Assembly: GCA_964016885.1 (NCBI GenBank)
Contig: OZ024752.1
Coordinates: 22,878,001-22,942,000, forward strand
Origin: Eledone cirrhosa
Lineage: Eukaryota
Length of the DNA stretch: 64,000 nucleotides
Direction: 5' to 3'
Part shown: positions 27,307 to 39,904 of the stretch, piece by piece
Layout: every line of letters begins with the position of its first letter
How positions within the stretch are numbered: the stretch's first letter is position 1
Program-made: the position numbers and the translations under genes
Notes under the pieces: generated by a model
The model's input: the letters and a program-made list of their open reading frames with translations, nothing else
What the model was told of the DNA's origin: nothing
The model's database searches: none

Positions 27307-27737
27307 TATATATAATATAAAAAATTTTTTTTTCGCTCTACATGGCTGAATACAATAAATGTAATCTGAGTTTTTCGAATATTAATAATAATATTCGATT
27401 CGTTTGCAATTATGCAAACAAGCCTCATTTTTAAAGCCATGTCAGTAGAATGAGCCCCTCATTCTTGCTCTTGTAGGAGTCATGACAAAAAGCACCCAGC
27501 ACACACTGTAAATGTGGTTGGCGTTAGGAAGGGCATCCGGCTGTAGAAATCTAGCCCAAAACAGTTCCAAATGAGCATGACACAGTCACGTGACCCAACT
27601 TGCCTGAAGAAAACTAAGGTGTAAATTAAGGGTAAATTTAAGAATGTGTAGTATGTCTCTTGTGTAGTTATAATACAGGAGAACTATATCCAATGTTAGG
27701 CAGTGAATAGATTACAGAGGGGTGGAGGACAGAATAA

Positions 27738-28266
27738 TCTATATATATAAAACTGAAGATGTCTGTCTCTGTGTGTGTATGTGAGTTTGAATCCCTAAAA
27801 CTAGGGCCCGCATTAGGTGAAAAACTGGGGTTTTTTTCAGGTTTTTAGGGGTTTTTTGAGGCGTTACATCAGAATGATTTCCTTGAAATTGTAACTATGT
27901 ATTAGTCAGTCTCTTCTTCATACCGTGAGCAAAGATAATCCAACTTTTTTATGGCCTAGGTGAAAAACTTCATTTTTTCAGCTTTTTAGGGCCTTTTTGA
28001 GGCGTTACATCTAGCTGATTTTCCCGAAATTTCAAGGCATATTATGCACATAAAAAAAATTCAGATTTTTGCTCCCCTAGGATCCATTAGGTGAAAACCT
28101 TCATTTTTCCTGCTTCATCGAGGAAAATCTTAAAGATTATCCGGCCATCAGAGTATTCAGTTTATTTTCTTTACATATTGTCGAGGCATGCAGTTTTTCC
28201 ATGATTAGGTCTGTTGGCGGCCCGCATTCCAAAATACCTTATCCCGTGCAACGCCGGGTACCACTA
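27738..28266 (+). mobile_element. Internally deleted copy of the Helitron at 8150-9255
   Basis: Same 5' TCTATATATATAAAACTGA and 3' cccgtgcaacgccggg hairpin. Confidence 0.8.
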
Positions 28267-30816
28267 TTTATATATTAATTATATATATAATTAATGGATA
28301 GTAAATAAGTAAAAGAGGTAATGAAATGCAATTAATGAATGATAAATACGTTGTTGAAGCTATTGGTATGATTCTATTTGACTTTCTATATCTTGTATTG
28401 AGTTTTTACCTTTATAGTTTATTATCAGGTTATATTGAATGTTGCATCTCAGACCTTACATTACAAATTATTCACTTTCACTTTTTAATTTAATTTTATT
28501 CTATTTTATTCATTGCATTGGATTTTGACTTTTTTAAATTATATTTTGTATTTCAAATATAATTTATGTACAGCCTTCCCTATAATGTAGCAGTTATATT
28601 ATACTTCATATGTGATAGCATTTTCTAATACCACATGTTTCAGTAGGGTCTCCATACCAATAGTTTCAAATAGGTATTTATCATTCATTAATTACATTTC
28701 ACTACCATTCATAATTATTAATTAGCAATTAATTATATATTCACTTATTTTTAATCATTCCCCCCTCTGTAATCTACTCATTGCTTAACGTTCAATATAG
28801 TTCTCTTGTATTATAATAACTACACTTGGGACATACACACTACACATAAAATTTACTCTTTAACCCTTTAGCATTTAAACCAGCCATATCTGGCCAGACT
28901 TCTCTCACCTTTTTCTGTTCAAACCAGCCGTAACTGGCCATTCATACTGATGTTAAGGTATTGTTCTCAAAATAAATAATATCAAAATCTCATAGATTTG
29001 ATATTATGTGAAATGATTATGTAAGATAAAGCCTTTACCGTGAAAATACAATAGTATATATAGAGTAATGTAAATGCTAAAGGGTACACCTTTAGTTTTT
29101 TACATTTTTATATTTTCCATATTTTCATATTTTATCTTATAGGATATAATTATATTAAATTCCATATGTAATCTGATATTGAGCGACCCATAAGACCCAA
29201 TACTAGCTAATGATTTAATTTAATTTAATTTAATTTAATTTTAATTTTCTGATTTTTAATTTTTTAATTTTTTAATTTTAATTTTTAATTATTAATTTTT
29301 AATTTTTTAATTTTACCTTCAACTACATACTTGCATTTTCATTTCGCCCCACCCCACCCCACCCCACCCCATCATTTTCTCACCATTTACATTAACATTA
29401 CTGTTATTAAAATTATCTGGTATGCGTTACACCCCCAACAGACCATCTAATAACTCCCCAAGTTACACACAAGATACCAAAATTTGTTTCCACTTCTTGA
29501 GTGCTTAGAATTAATTATTAATTAATATCCCCCTCTTCAATATATGAATATACTCAGTACTGATATATCATTTTTGGACCTTGCAGAAATGAAGGGGGTC
29601 ACTGTGTCAGTCGCAAGGGAACGACTACATTTCCTTCTCTTTTCTTTCGCAATACAAACACTCACATATAAGTGTGAACTAGATTACTTACCCTTAATCA
29701 ATTGTTTTAATGAAACACTGACAAGATTATAATACTTGATATTTATAATTATATTTATTCTTAATTTATTTTTGTCTTAATGTATTTTTTCTTAATGTAT
29801 TTTTGTTTTAATATATTTTTTCATAATGTATTTTTCGTAATTCATTTTACTTAACACAACGTTCAACCCCACTTTTTAGAATTTTTTGTAACCCTATTGA
29901 CCTCCATAGCACACATCTTTAATTATCTTCACCATCATGCTATGCTGGTTTTCAGCCAGGCTCTAACGACACAGTTTAGTACCTCTATACTTTGCAGCAT
30001 CTGACCATTTGGTTTTCATTAATGGCATGGCAGTATCAGTGAACAACAGAATTTCTCTCGCCACCACACGACCCTCAACCCTCTTTGGTCACGCCTAGCA
30101 AACCCTCAATGCTTAGCATGGATGAGTTTGTTATTCAGAGATGGTCTATCGCAACAATAACACCGATTTCACAGGCCATTTCCAAATCAAATATTATCTC
30201 TATTCTCTGTTTGTGTTTCCAGTAATTCCTTTTATTGATTAACTAATTATGCATTCCGCATCTGATGATGTCACCAGGGTCCTACATAAAAAGGCCATTG
30301 AAATATATATATAGTGTTTTTTTTTTAACAAAACTTAAAAAGGAGATCCCCAGTCCAGCCTCCTCTTGTTTTAATCACATATATTAGAAAAGGGAAAAGG
30401 TGAAGTTGGAAATAGCAGGGAAAATATATTTTAGGGTCTGTTCTTTTTTCTTTTCCTTTCTTTGATTCGTCAAAGTGACATTATTGAAAAGATGACATTA
30501 TTGAAAAAATGAGAGGGGGAGGGGCGGATCAGCCTATCTGTCACAGGTCCCTTTGTGGTGGGAAATTAAAAAAATCTTAAAAATTCAAACAACTTTAAAA
30601 AAATTTTAAACCAAAACTAATTATGTAATCGCCCCCATTAGATCCCCCACGCACACACACACCACAAAATAAGGGAGAAAAAATTACTCATTCCAGAAGT
30701 TACTGTCCGAGAGCCCCTACTGATATTCTACTCTGGCTTTTTTTTATTTTTAAAAAAGATTTTTTGAATTTTGAAGATTGTTTTTAATTTCCCACCACAA
30801 ACGGATCTGCGACAGA

Positions 30817-32131
30817 CATCATCATTTTACGTCCGCTTTTCCCTGCTTGCAAGGGTGGGACGGGTCTTATTCAGCACAGCATCTCTCCACTCGTCACGGT
30901 CCCTCGTCATCTCCACCGTGAGCTTCAATGATCTGAGGTCTGTTCTCACCACCTCCGCCCATGTTTTTCGTGGTCTACCTCTACCACGTCTTCCTTCAAC
31001 TGGCATTTCCTGGCACTTCTTCACCCATCGGTCATCCTCCATGCGCATCACATGTCCATACCACCTCAGTCTCCTCTCCCGTACACTACATTCTATCCCT
31101 CTCAGACACAGTTTCTCTCTCAACACATTTATGCTGGGTCGTTCACGCACATTTACACTGCACATCCAACGGAGCATGCTTGCCTCATTTCTCTCCAGCC
31201 GTTGCATATCCTCTGCGGTTGCTGCCCATGTCTCACTACCATGCAGCATCGCGCTCCTCACACAGGCATCATACAACCGGCCTTTCTTACGCAGGGAGAA
31301 ACCCTTCTTCGTCAACAGAGGAAGCAGCTCCCTAAACTTCTTCCAACCCGTCCTTATTCTAGATACTATGGCCTCGGAACACCCTCCTCCCATGCTAATC
31401 TGATCTCCTAGGTACCGGAAGCTATCCACCACTTCTATAGCGCCCTCTCGCATTTGAAAAATGTGTCTATCAGTGCGACTTCTACTGTCTAATTTCCCTG
31501 TACATCTACTGCATACATATTTATCCCTACCTGTTAGTTTGCCTGCTATCCCACTACATCTCTTGTGTACCCAGGACCTGCATTGTGTGCATTTTATAGA
31601 ATTTATGCCAGTTCCTTTTCTGCATATCGAACATGGCCATTTCCCTGGCGGAATCAGGGTTTTGTCCTCTTTTCTACTCATCAACACTTTTGTCTTAGCT
31701 AGATTTACTCTCAGTCCTCTTGCTTCCAACTGCTGTTTCCATAGCCGGAATTTATTCTCTAGATCCTCTACTGATTCTGCCATAAGAGCCAGATCGTCAG
31801 CATAGAGAAGTTCCCATGGACAGCCAGTCTTAAACTCCTCTGTTATGGCTTGGAGGACTATAATGAACAAGAGCGGGCTGAGGACCGAACCCTGATGTAC
31901 TCCTACTTGTATCTGGAATTCCTCACTAAACTCCATTCCTACCCTGACTTTACTGAGAGTACCTCTGTACAAAGTTTGCACTGTCCTCACAAGCCATTCC
32001 TCAACACCCAGCTTCCTTAGGGACCACCAGATGACAGATCGGGGTACCCTATCAAAGGCCTTCTCTAGGTCAACAAAGGCTAAGTATAGTGGCTTATTCT
32101 TCTCTAAGAACCTCTCTTGCATTTGTCTCAC

Positions 32132-32134
<3 letters not shown>
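30817..32134 (-). mobile_element. Young 5'-truncated RTE-clade LINE with an uninterrupted 435-aa RT + PHD-like + C-terminal frame
   Basis: FVDLEKAFDRV, HQGSVLSPLLF and ELLYADD with no stops; (GAT)n tail. Confidence 0.93.
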
Positions 32135-32160
<26 letters not shown>

Positions 32161-32165
<5 letters not shown>

Positions 32166-33397
32166 GATAAATGCTCTGAAATAGCGATATATATGTGAAT
32201 ATAGACATAGAATATTCGAAAATATTCTGTATGTTTATAATAAACATTTTGAAGACCTAATCGCTATAGAATAGAATACGTCACGTATTACAATTAGATT
32301 CTCGATAAAAGCAAGGGAAGTAATCTACGCGTTTCATTCTTGTTAGAAATCATCAGGACTACATATCCAGTGCTTTTATCGAGAATGACACAGCTAGAGA
32401 CTTATAGAATACTTAGCTGTGTACAGGAACTGGTTTGAAAGAGCGGTTGCCGGTCCGGCAGAAATTAGAAATTGGGATAAATGCTCTGAAATAGCGATAT
32501 ATATGTGAATATAGACATAGAATATTCGAAAATATTCTGTATGTTTATAATAAACATTTTGAAGACCTAATCGCTATAGAATAGAATACGTCACGTATTA
32601 CAATTAGATTCTCGATAAAAGCAAGGGAAGTAATCTACGCGTTTCATTCTTGTTAGAAATCATCAGGACTACATATCCAGTGCTTTTATCGAGACGTGTT
32701 CTATTCTATAGCGATTAGGTCTTCAAAATGTTTATTATAAACATACAGAATATTTTCGAATATTCTATGTCTATATTCACATATATATCGCTATTTCAGA
32801 GCATTTATCCCAATTTCTAATTTCTGCCGGACCGGCAACCGCTCTTTCAAACCAGTTCCTGTACACAGCTAAGTATTCTATAAGTCTCTAGCTGTGTCAT
32901 TCTCGATAAAAGCACTGGATATGTAGTCCTGATGATTTCTAACAAGAATGAAACGCGTAGATTACTTCCCTTGCTTTTATCGAGAATCTAATTGTAATAC
33001 GTGACGTATTCTATTCTATAGCGATTAGGTCTTCAAAATGTTTATTATAAACATACAGAATATTTTCGAATATTCTATGTCTATATTCACATATATATCG
33101 CTATTTCAGAGCATTTATCCCAATTTCTAATTTCTGCCGGACCGGCAACCGCTCTTTCAAACCAGTTCCTGTACACAGCTAAGTATTCTATAAGTCTCTA
33201 GCTGTGTCATTCTCGATAAAAGCACTGGATATGTAGTCCTGATGATTTCTAACAAGAATGAAACGCGTAGATTACTTCCCTTGCTTTTATCGAGAATCTA
33301 ATTGTAATACGTGACGTATTCTATTCTATAGCGATTAGGTCTTCAAAATGTTTATTATAAACATACAGAATATTTTCGAATATTCTATGTCTATATT
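32161..33397. repeat. 310-bp hammerhead-containing tandem repeat in inverted arrangement (retrozyme-like / PLE pLTR-like array)
   Basis: Unit 32161-32470, repeated from 32471, with an inversion junction near 32693 and reverse-complement units to 33397. Flanked by (TA)n. Confidence 0.9.
32923..32965 (+). ncRNA. Type I hammerhead ribozyme (family 1). Identical copies at 33233-33275(+), 32320-32362(-), 32630-32672(-)
   Basis: gtagtc-CUGAUGA-u(uucu-aaca-agaa)u-GAAA-CGCG-UA-gattac, with stem I extended by tctcgataaaagca/tgcttttatcgaga. Confidence 0.85.
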
Positions 33398-33649
33398 TAT
33401 ATATATATATATATATACCAAATTGAAGGATGAGTATTTAACTTTATTTTATCTGAGTTAAGGCTCTATTGATTTTTCCCTGTATTTCACAAAATTCTGT
33501 GGATAAATCTGTCTTGATTCTTTTTGAATTGAGTTTGAATTATTTTCCCACATCTTACGTTAACTATTTTTCCATTTTGACGTTATAGTCACTTATATAT
33601 TATGAAATACTGTTGGCTTCACGCTCACAATAATTTCTATACTTTTCAT

Positions 33650-33765
<116 letters not shown>

Positions 33766-34244
33766 CATTATCATCACAGGACGGTGGGTTGGTAGTTTTT
33801 GGTAGAGCATTGGACAACATGCTTGCAGCATAGAATTACGGCCCTTTACGTTCTGCGTTCAAGTTCCACCGAGATTAGCTTTGCTTTTCACCCTTACGGG
33901 ATTGATAAAATAAAGTACCAGTAACACACTTTCCTCTCCTCACTGAAATTACTGGCTTTGTGCCTACAGTAGAAATTACTATCCTCACAGTTACTGCTGT
34001 AATATGATAGGTACTTTATAATAATGACTTACTTAAAAAGTGTTATTAATAACAGACAAAGAATGTTTTTTTTCTTTTCCTTTTTCTTCTGGTATAATAT
34101 CTGCTCCTTTAACATTTAAACTGGCCGTATCCAGCCAGAATTCTTTCAACTCTTTTTGTTCAAACCAGCTGTAACTGGTCACTCATAACGCTAAGGTATT
34201 TGTTCTCAAAATAAATAATATCAAAATCTCATTGATTCAATATT

Positions 34245-34492
34245 CTATCTATCTAGGGTGGATGAAATTGCCGAGATCCATGGACGATTTCTGTCCTTCA
34301 TCATCGCTGTCATGTACTGCGTCTCCCAGAGACCTGTGTCTGTCCTTAGAGCATCAATATATGTCAATGTCGGTCTCCCTCTTCTAGTGTGTCCGTGTAG
34401 GGGCTCCCACAGGGGCACTGAGTACAGTGTTAACTCTGAATGTTGGTGAGCATGTCCAGCTAACCTCAGTTTCCTCTGTGTTACTTTCGAGC
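34245..34492 (-). mobile_element. 5'-truncated LINE 3' end inserted into a MITE, with 9-bp TSD
   Basis: TSD ttcaatatt at 34236-34244 and 34493-34501; homologous to 46186-46445. Confidence 0.85.
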
Positions 34493-34867
34493 TTCAATAT
34501 TTTGTGAGATAACTGTGTGAGATAAAGCCTTTACTGTGAAAATATAATAGTATATATAGTAATGTAAATGGTAAAGTGTTAACTTTCATCACTTTCTTTA
34601 GTCTCTTTACAGATTTACATGTTTTCCTTTTTCTCTGCCTTCCCATTATATTATTTCTGAATACACATGCACGTGTACATGCACTCACACTGAAGCACAT
34701 ACACACTCACACTCTCACACACACATACACACTTACACATACACATACACATATACACATACTCACACATATACACTCATACACGCACACACAGAGAGAA
34801 ACACACATATACGATTTTTAAAATTATGATGATAATGATGATGTTGATGATGATTAATTTTTTGTAG

Positions 34868-35105
34868 GTGGCGCAATTCGTTCCTTTGGTCGTTGTTGTT
34901 TGGTGTTCCTGCCATGGTCACCATGATGTATTTTATGTTTACTATGTCCGGGAGCCATACTGGTCCTTCCCCACCTGCAAATGGAACCAATATGACCACC
35001 ACCCCAGCCCCCAGAAATTTCAACAGCCATGGCAAGCAGCTAATGCTTTGCAAAGGTCTTTCAGTAGAGAACTTGATATTGTTTCTACTGGCCTCAGCTG
35101 TTCAG
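34868..35105 (+). CDS. ATP7: ATP7 exon: TM1, luminal loop, TM2 (WRNSFLWSLLFGVPAMV...GLSVENLILFLLASAVQ)
   Basis: tttgtag|G acceptor and CAG|gtgagt donor. Confidence 0.92.
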
Positions 35106-35577
35106 GTGAGTTACTTTCTTCCTTTTTCTGTTCATTTTTTCACTTTTTTTCTTTGTCCTGATATTTCTGTTTCCCTGTATGTACCTAGCTTAGGTACACC
35201 GTATCTCTGTGTGTTGTAAGAGGTGACTAAAATGGTTGACAGAAGGAGGGGCATCTGGTTGTAAAACAATGCCTCAAAAAGGACCCCACGATGAATGTAA
35301 GGCTTGTCACACAAGGCTAGCCCTCACTTTAACAAGGAAGCTAGCATGCCATGCCAGAACTTGATTGGCACTTATTTTATCAACCTCTGGAAGAGTTAAT
35401 AATGATTTCTAACATAATTCCAGTTCAAATCCTGATAGAAGCTGGAATATAAATGTAAACTGGTGTTTGTAAGATATATAATCTGACTATCAATTCTAAT
35501 AATAATAAAAACTTCATTCTATTGTTTTATTCATTCTTTTAGATTTTATTTATATATTATTTCTTTTTTCATTCCAG

Positions 35578-35811
35578 CTTTTGGGTGCCAGATATTTCTA
35601 TGTGCAAGCTTATCGTGCCCTGAAACATAAATGTGCTAACATGGATGTACTTGTTTGTCTAGCAATCAGTATCTCCTATATATATTCAACCATTGTTGTT
35701 GTTGTTGCTATAGCTTTACAAGAGCCTTCTAGTCCTGTGACATTTTTTGAGACAACCCCTATGTTAGTGTTATTTATTTCCCTTGGACGATGGCTAGAAC
35801 ATATTGCCAAG
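35578..35811 (+). CDS. ATP7: ATP7 exon: [25 protein letters not shown]...[23 protein letters not shown] (TM3-TM4)
   Basis: ttccag|CTT acceptor and AAG|gtaatt donor, 234 nt. Contains NMDVL and LGRWLE motifs. Confidence 0.95.
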
Positions 35812-37472
35812 GTAATTCTGTTTTTTTTTAAAAATTGGTTTCTTCTTATCTTTGCCTAACATTATATAGCTTCTGTTGAATTATGATCTCTTCTTCTTCA
35901 TCCACATATTCCTCAGAGGGTCATTGGGGCAGAGTCCTTAAACACTCCTTCCAGCAGGTCCTGTCAGAAATAATTGTTTCTACATTTGGCACAAGGCCAG
36001 CAATTACCCAGTGTATTACTGGTACTTTATTTTATCGACCCCGAAAGGATGAAAGGCAAAGTTAACCTCGGCGTGATTTGAACTCAGAATGGCAAGGACC
36101 GTAACTCTATGCGTCAAAGCATGGCGTCCAACCCTCTACCGATACTGCCAATCCTCCGGTCCTGTCAGAAATAATGATCTCCAACAGATCTGGCTGGATC
36201 CCCAAGCGATACCAGCCAAGCTCATGGATGTTATCTGACTATCTTGTTTGGGATCTACCCCTGGGTCTCCTGCCAGTTGGTTTTGTCCATAACTGACAGG
36301 AGACCCAGGGCTAGACCCTTGATTTCTAATTTAGACCCAAGGCCAGAAAATTTAGAGGAAGGGAAAAGTTTATTAAATCAACCCCAGTATTTGATTGGTA
36401 ATTTATTTATCGACCCTGGAAAGATAAAAAAGTAAAGCTGACCTTGGTGGGATTTGAACTTAGAATGTAAAGAGCCAAACATATTCAGCAATGACATTTT
36501 ATCCGACGCTCCACCAACTTTGCCAATCCACCACACTATTTTGGAATATATATAATTGTTTCTACTTTTGGCACAAAGCCAGCAATTACCCAGTACATTA
36601 CTGGTACTTTATTTTATCGACCCCGTAAGGATGAAAGGCAAAGTTGACCTCGGCAGGATTTTGGAATATATATAATGGTGCAGTGAAACCTTTGCTGGCT
36701 TCAGCATGTCTAAACTACATGTAATAAACATTTCTACAGATATAACATATTGTTAGAGCCACTTTATCATATAGATATAACATATACATATAGCTGAGCT
36801 GAGCTAATGCTGCTGAACTTACTGTATATACTCGATTATAAGCTGATCTACATATATGTTTTATGCCTGAGAAATGGGCAAAAAATCCAAACCCCATGTA
36901 TAAACCGAGGCAGGTAATCAAAGCATTATGTTTAGATGGTGCAGTTTTGAAATTTTCAGATGTGGAGAATATATTTATGAAATTTTAATATTTTGATATT
37001 TAAAATCAAAGCAAAATTTGTTTTTGTTCTAACATGGCGGATACGTAAATATATTTGTATGTGAATAATAATAATATTATTAATATTCGGTTGCAAACAG
37101 CCTCATCATGACGTTAGTCATCTTGAACACATGGTGTAATGAGGCTGTTTGCTTGCAAACGAACTGAATATTAATAATTATTTCTACTTTTGGCACAAGG
37201 CCAGCAATTATCCCAGTGCATTACTGGTACTTTATTTTATCGACGCCGTAAGGATGAAAGGCAAAGTTAACCTTGGTGAGATTTGAACTGAGACCATAAA
37301 GGGCCGTAACTCTTTGCTCAAAGCATGGCATCCGACCCTCTACCGATACTGCCAATCCATATTATATTATTATAATTATTCACTCTCAAATGATATTTAA
37401 AATGTTTTAAGTGTTTTAAGAGTATAGCTTATGGAGACTATAATATATTTTAAATGTCTGTTTCTGTTTTAG

Positions 37473-37610
37473 GGTAAGACATCAGAGGCTATTGCTAAAC
37501 TCCTCTCTTTGCAAGCTTCAGAAGCTCTTTTAGTCTACATGAAAGATGGTAACATCATCAAAGAAGAGATGATAAATGTTGATTTAGTACAGAGAGGAGA
37601 CATACTGAAG
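37473..37610 (+). CDS. ATP7: ATP7 exon: [18 protein letters not shown]...[11 protein letters not shown] (A domain start)
   Basis: ttttag|GGT acceptor and AAG|gtacac donor; translated by hand. Confidence 0.93.
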
Positions 37611-37978
37611 GTACACATTGTTATTTTCCTCTTCCTCATCATCATTACCATCACCATAACACTACCTCCATCATTACCACCACTATGACTACTTCCACCA
37701 CATCCACCTCCACCATTACTACAACCACCTCTATCATCATTGTCATCATCACCACCATCATGATCATCATCATTACCATTACCACCACCATCATGGTCAT
37801 CATTATTACATCATGTCTGTGTGTGTGCCTGTTTGTCTGTGTCTGCCTGTCTATGTGTGTGTTTATCATGTGTATTTGTCTGTCTGTTTATGTGTGTGAG
37901 TGTCTAAAGGAAATTATTTTTGAAGAAGAATGATTATAATGGGAGGTTTTAAGGGTTTAATTATTTGTCTGTCCCTAG

Positions 37979-38087
37979 GTCCTTCCTGGAGAGAAAATCC
38001 CTGTTGATGCCAAAGTTATGGAGGGTTTATCGTCATGTGATGAATCTTTAATCACAGGAGAATCTATGCCTGTATCTAAAAAGCCAG
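37979..38087 (+). CDS. ATP7: ATP7 exon: [36 protein letters not shown] (TGE phosphatase motif)
   Basis: ccctag|GTC acceptor and CCAG|gtaaga donor. Confidence 0.95.
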
Positions 38088-39059
38088 GTAAGAGTTTAAC
38101 GCTTTCACGACAATATTTTTAATGAAATGCCCTGCTTATTTAGAATGAATTGAAACAAACAAATAAATAATCAAGAATTTGGAGGACTTTTCTTCTTCTT
38201 TGCCCACTTATTTCTGAGAGGGTCGTAGGAGCAGAGTCCTCCGCATTCCTTCCAGTGGATCCTGTCAGAAGCAATGATCTCCAACTGATCCAGGTGGATC
38301 CCCAAGCGAGACCAGCCGAGCTCATGGATGTTATCTAACTATCTTGCTCGGGGTCCACCCTTGGATCTCTTGTCAGTTGGTTTTGCTTGTAAAATCAGTC
38401 CAGTGATTCTTTCCTGAGACATTCTAACCATATGCTCATAGTATCAGAGCTGTGATCTCTCAATTCGGAGAAGTACCAGCTCTATTTCGTAAAATAACTT
38501 TATTATTATTAAGCTGATGTTTGGAACATACAAAAATATCTGACATAAAATTATGAAGTATTTTAATTTTAAGGAATAAAACAATATCAGAGAATGACTA
38601 ATATTCCTTCTCTGAAATTGTCAAAGTGCTGATTTAATATTTAAAAATGTAGGAATCCCACTTTTTTCCCATCTCTAAGAGTATTTTACCTAAATTTTCT
38701 AAGCTATTATTAATAGCAATCGACTATTTGGATTGGCAGTATCGGTAGAGAGTCGGACACCATGCTTTGAAGCATAGAGTTACGTCCCTTTATGATCTGA
38801 GTTCAAATCCCGCCGAGATTAACTTTGCCTTTCATCCTTACGGGGTCGCTAAAATAAAGTACCAGTAATATACTGGGTAATTGCTGGCCTTGTGCCTAAA
38901 ATAGAAACAATTATAGTTATTTTCTTTGTTTGGCATTCTCACATTTTCAAATTCTTAGTTTCAGCCATTTTTAAACTTTGGCTTTTCTTGGTATTTTCTT
39001 TTCTCCTCTCTGTTCTTCATTTCTTTAAAATGTTCTTGTTATTATAATTCCTATTTCAG

Positions 39060-39184
39060 GGTCGTCTTTAATTGGTGGTTCCTTAAACCAACATGGGACA
39101 TTGCTGATAGAAGCTACACATGTGGGGACAGATACTACATTGTCACAAATTGTTAAACTTGTAGAAGAAGCTCAAGTTTCAAAA
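39060..39184 (+). CDS. ATP7: ATP7 exon: [42 protein letters not shown]
   Basis: tttcag|GG acceptor and AAA|gtatgt donor. Confidence 0.94.
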
Positions 39185-39662
39185 GTATGTTTAACCTTTT
39201 CTTTGCTCAATCTCTTCTGTCTTGTAGATCTCTTCTTCTTCTTCTTCTTCTTTTTCTTCTTCTTTTTCTTCTCCTCCTCCCCCCTCATCCTCCCCCACTT
39301 CTTTTTCTTCTTCTTCCCCACCCCCTCCCCTCCTCCTCTTCTCTCAACTTTCTCCTCTCTCTCGCACTTCTATTTTCTAGTGCCCTGCTGTCTTGATGAC
39401 AAATTGATTCTAGCTTATTTTCTCCCCTAGAACAATTTAGGGATGCAGAGCTCTTTTAAGTTTTATTCTTTCTGGACCTTTCCTTTCACTGGTTGAACAT
39501 TATAATGAAGTCCTATGTAAAAGAGAGACTGTCTTGGAAAACACCAGTAAATTCACAAAACTAATGTAGCATGGGTTCACAGGAGCCCTATGTATAAGGA
39601 AACATATATATGTATTGTTAATGTTTAGCCAAAATTGAAATGAATCTTACTTCTATTTTCAG

Positions 39663-39797
39663 GCTCCTATCCAACAGTTGGCAGATAAGATTGCTGGTTA
39701 TTTTGTTCCAGTAGTTGTGGTTGTCTCACTTCTCACTCTTTTTGTTTGGATTATTATTGGCTATCATGATATTAAGTTGATTGACAAAAACTTTAAG
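39663..39797 (+). CDS. ATP7: ATP7 exon: [18 protein letters not shown]...IDKNFK (TM5)
   Basis: ttttcag|GCT acceptor and AAG|gtatat donor, 135 nt, phase 0-0. Confidence 0.95.
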
Positions 39798-39904
39798 GTA
39801 TATTATTTCATATTTATTTCTAAAAAAAATGTTTTAACAAAGATTTTAATAATGAAACCACCACCCCCACCCCCACCACCATCATCTTCTTCATCTTCTT
39901 CTTC

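Noticed and set aside
30250-30320. CTGATGA...GAAATATATA as another hammerhead
   Set aside because: I could not form convincing stems I and II; at best a heavily decayed relic.
30771-31805. Long + strand ORFs opposite the RTE ORF (also 54253-55345 on -)
   Set aside because: Antisense shadows of LINE coding sequence with no independent motifs.
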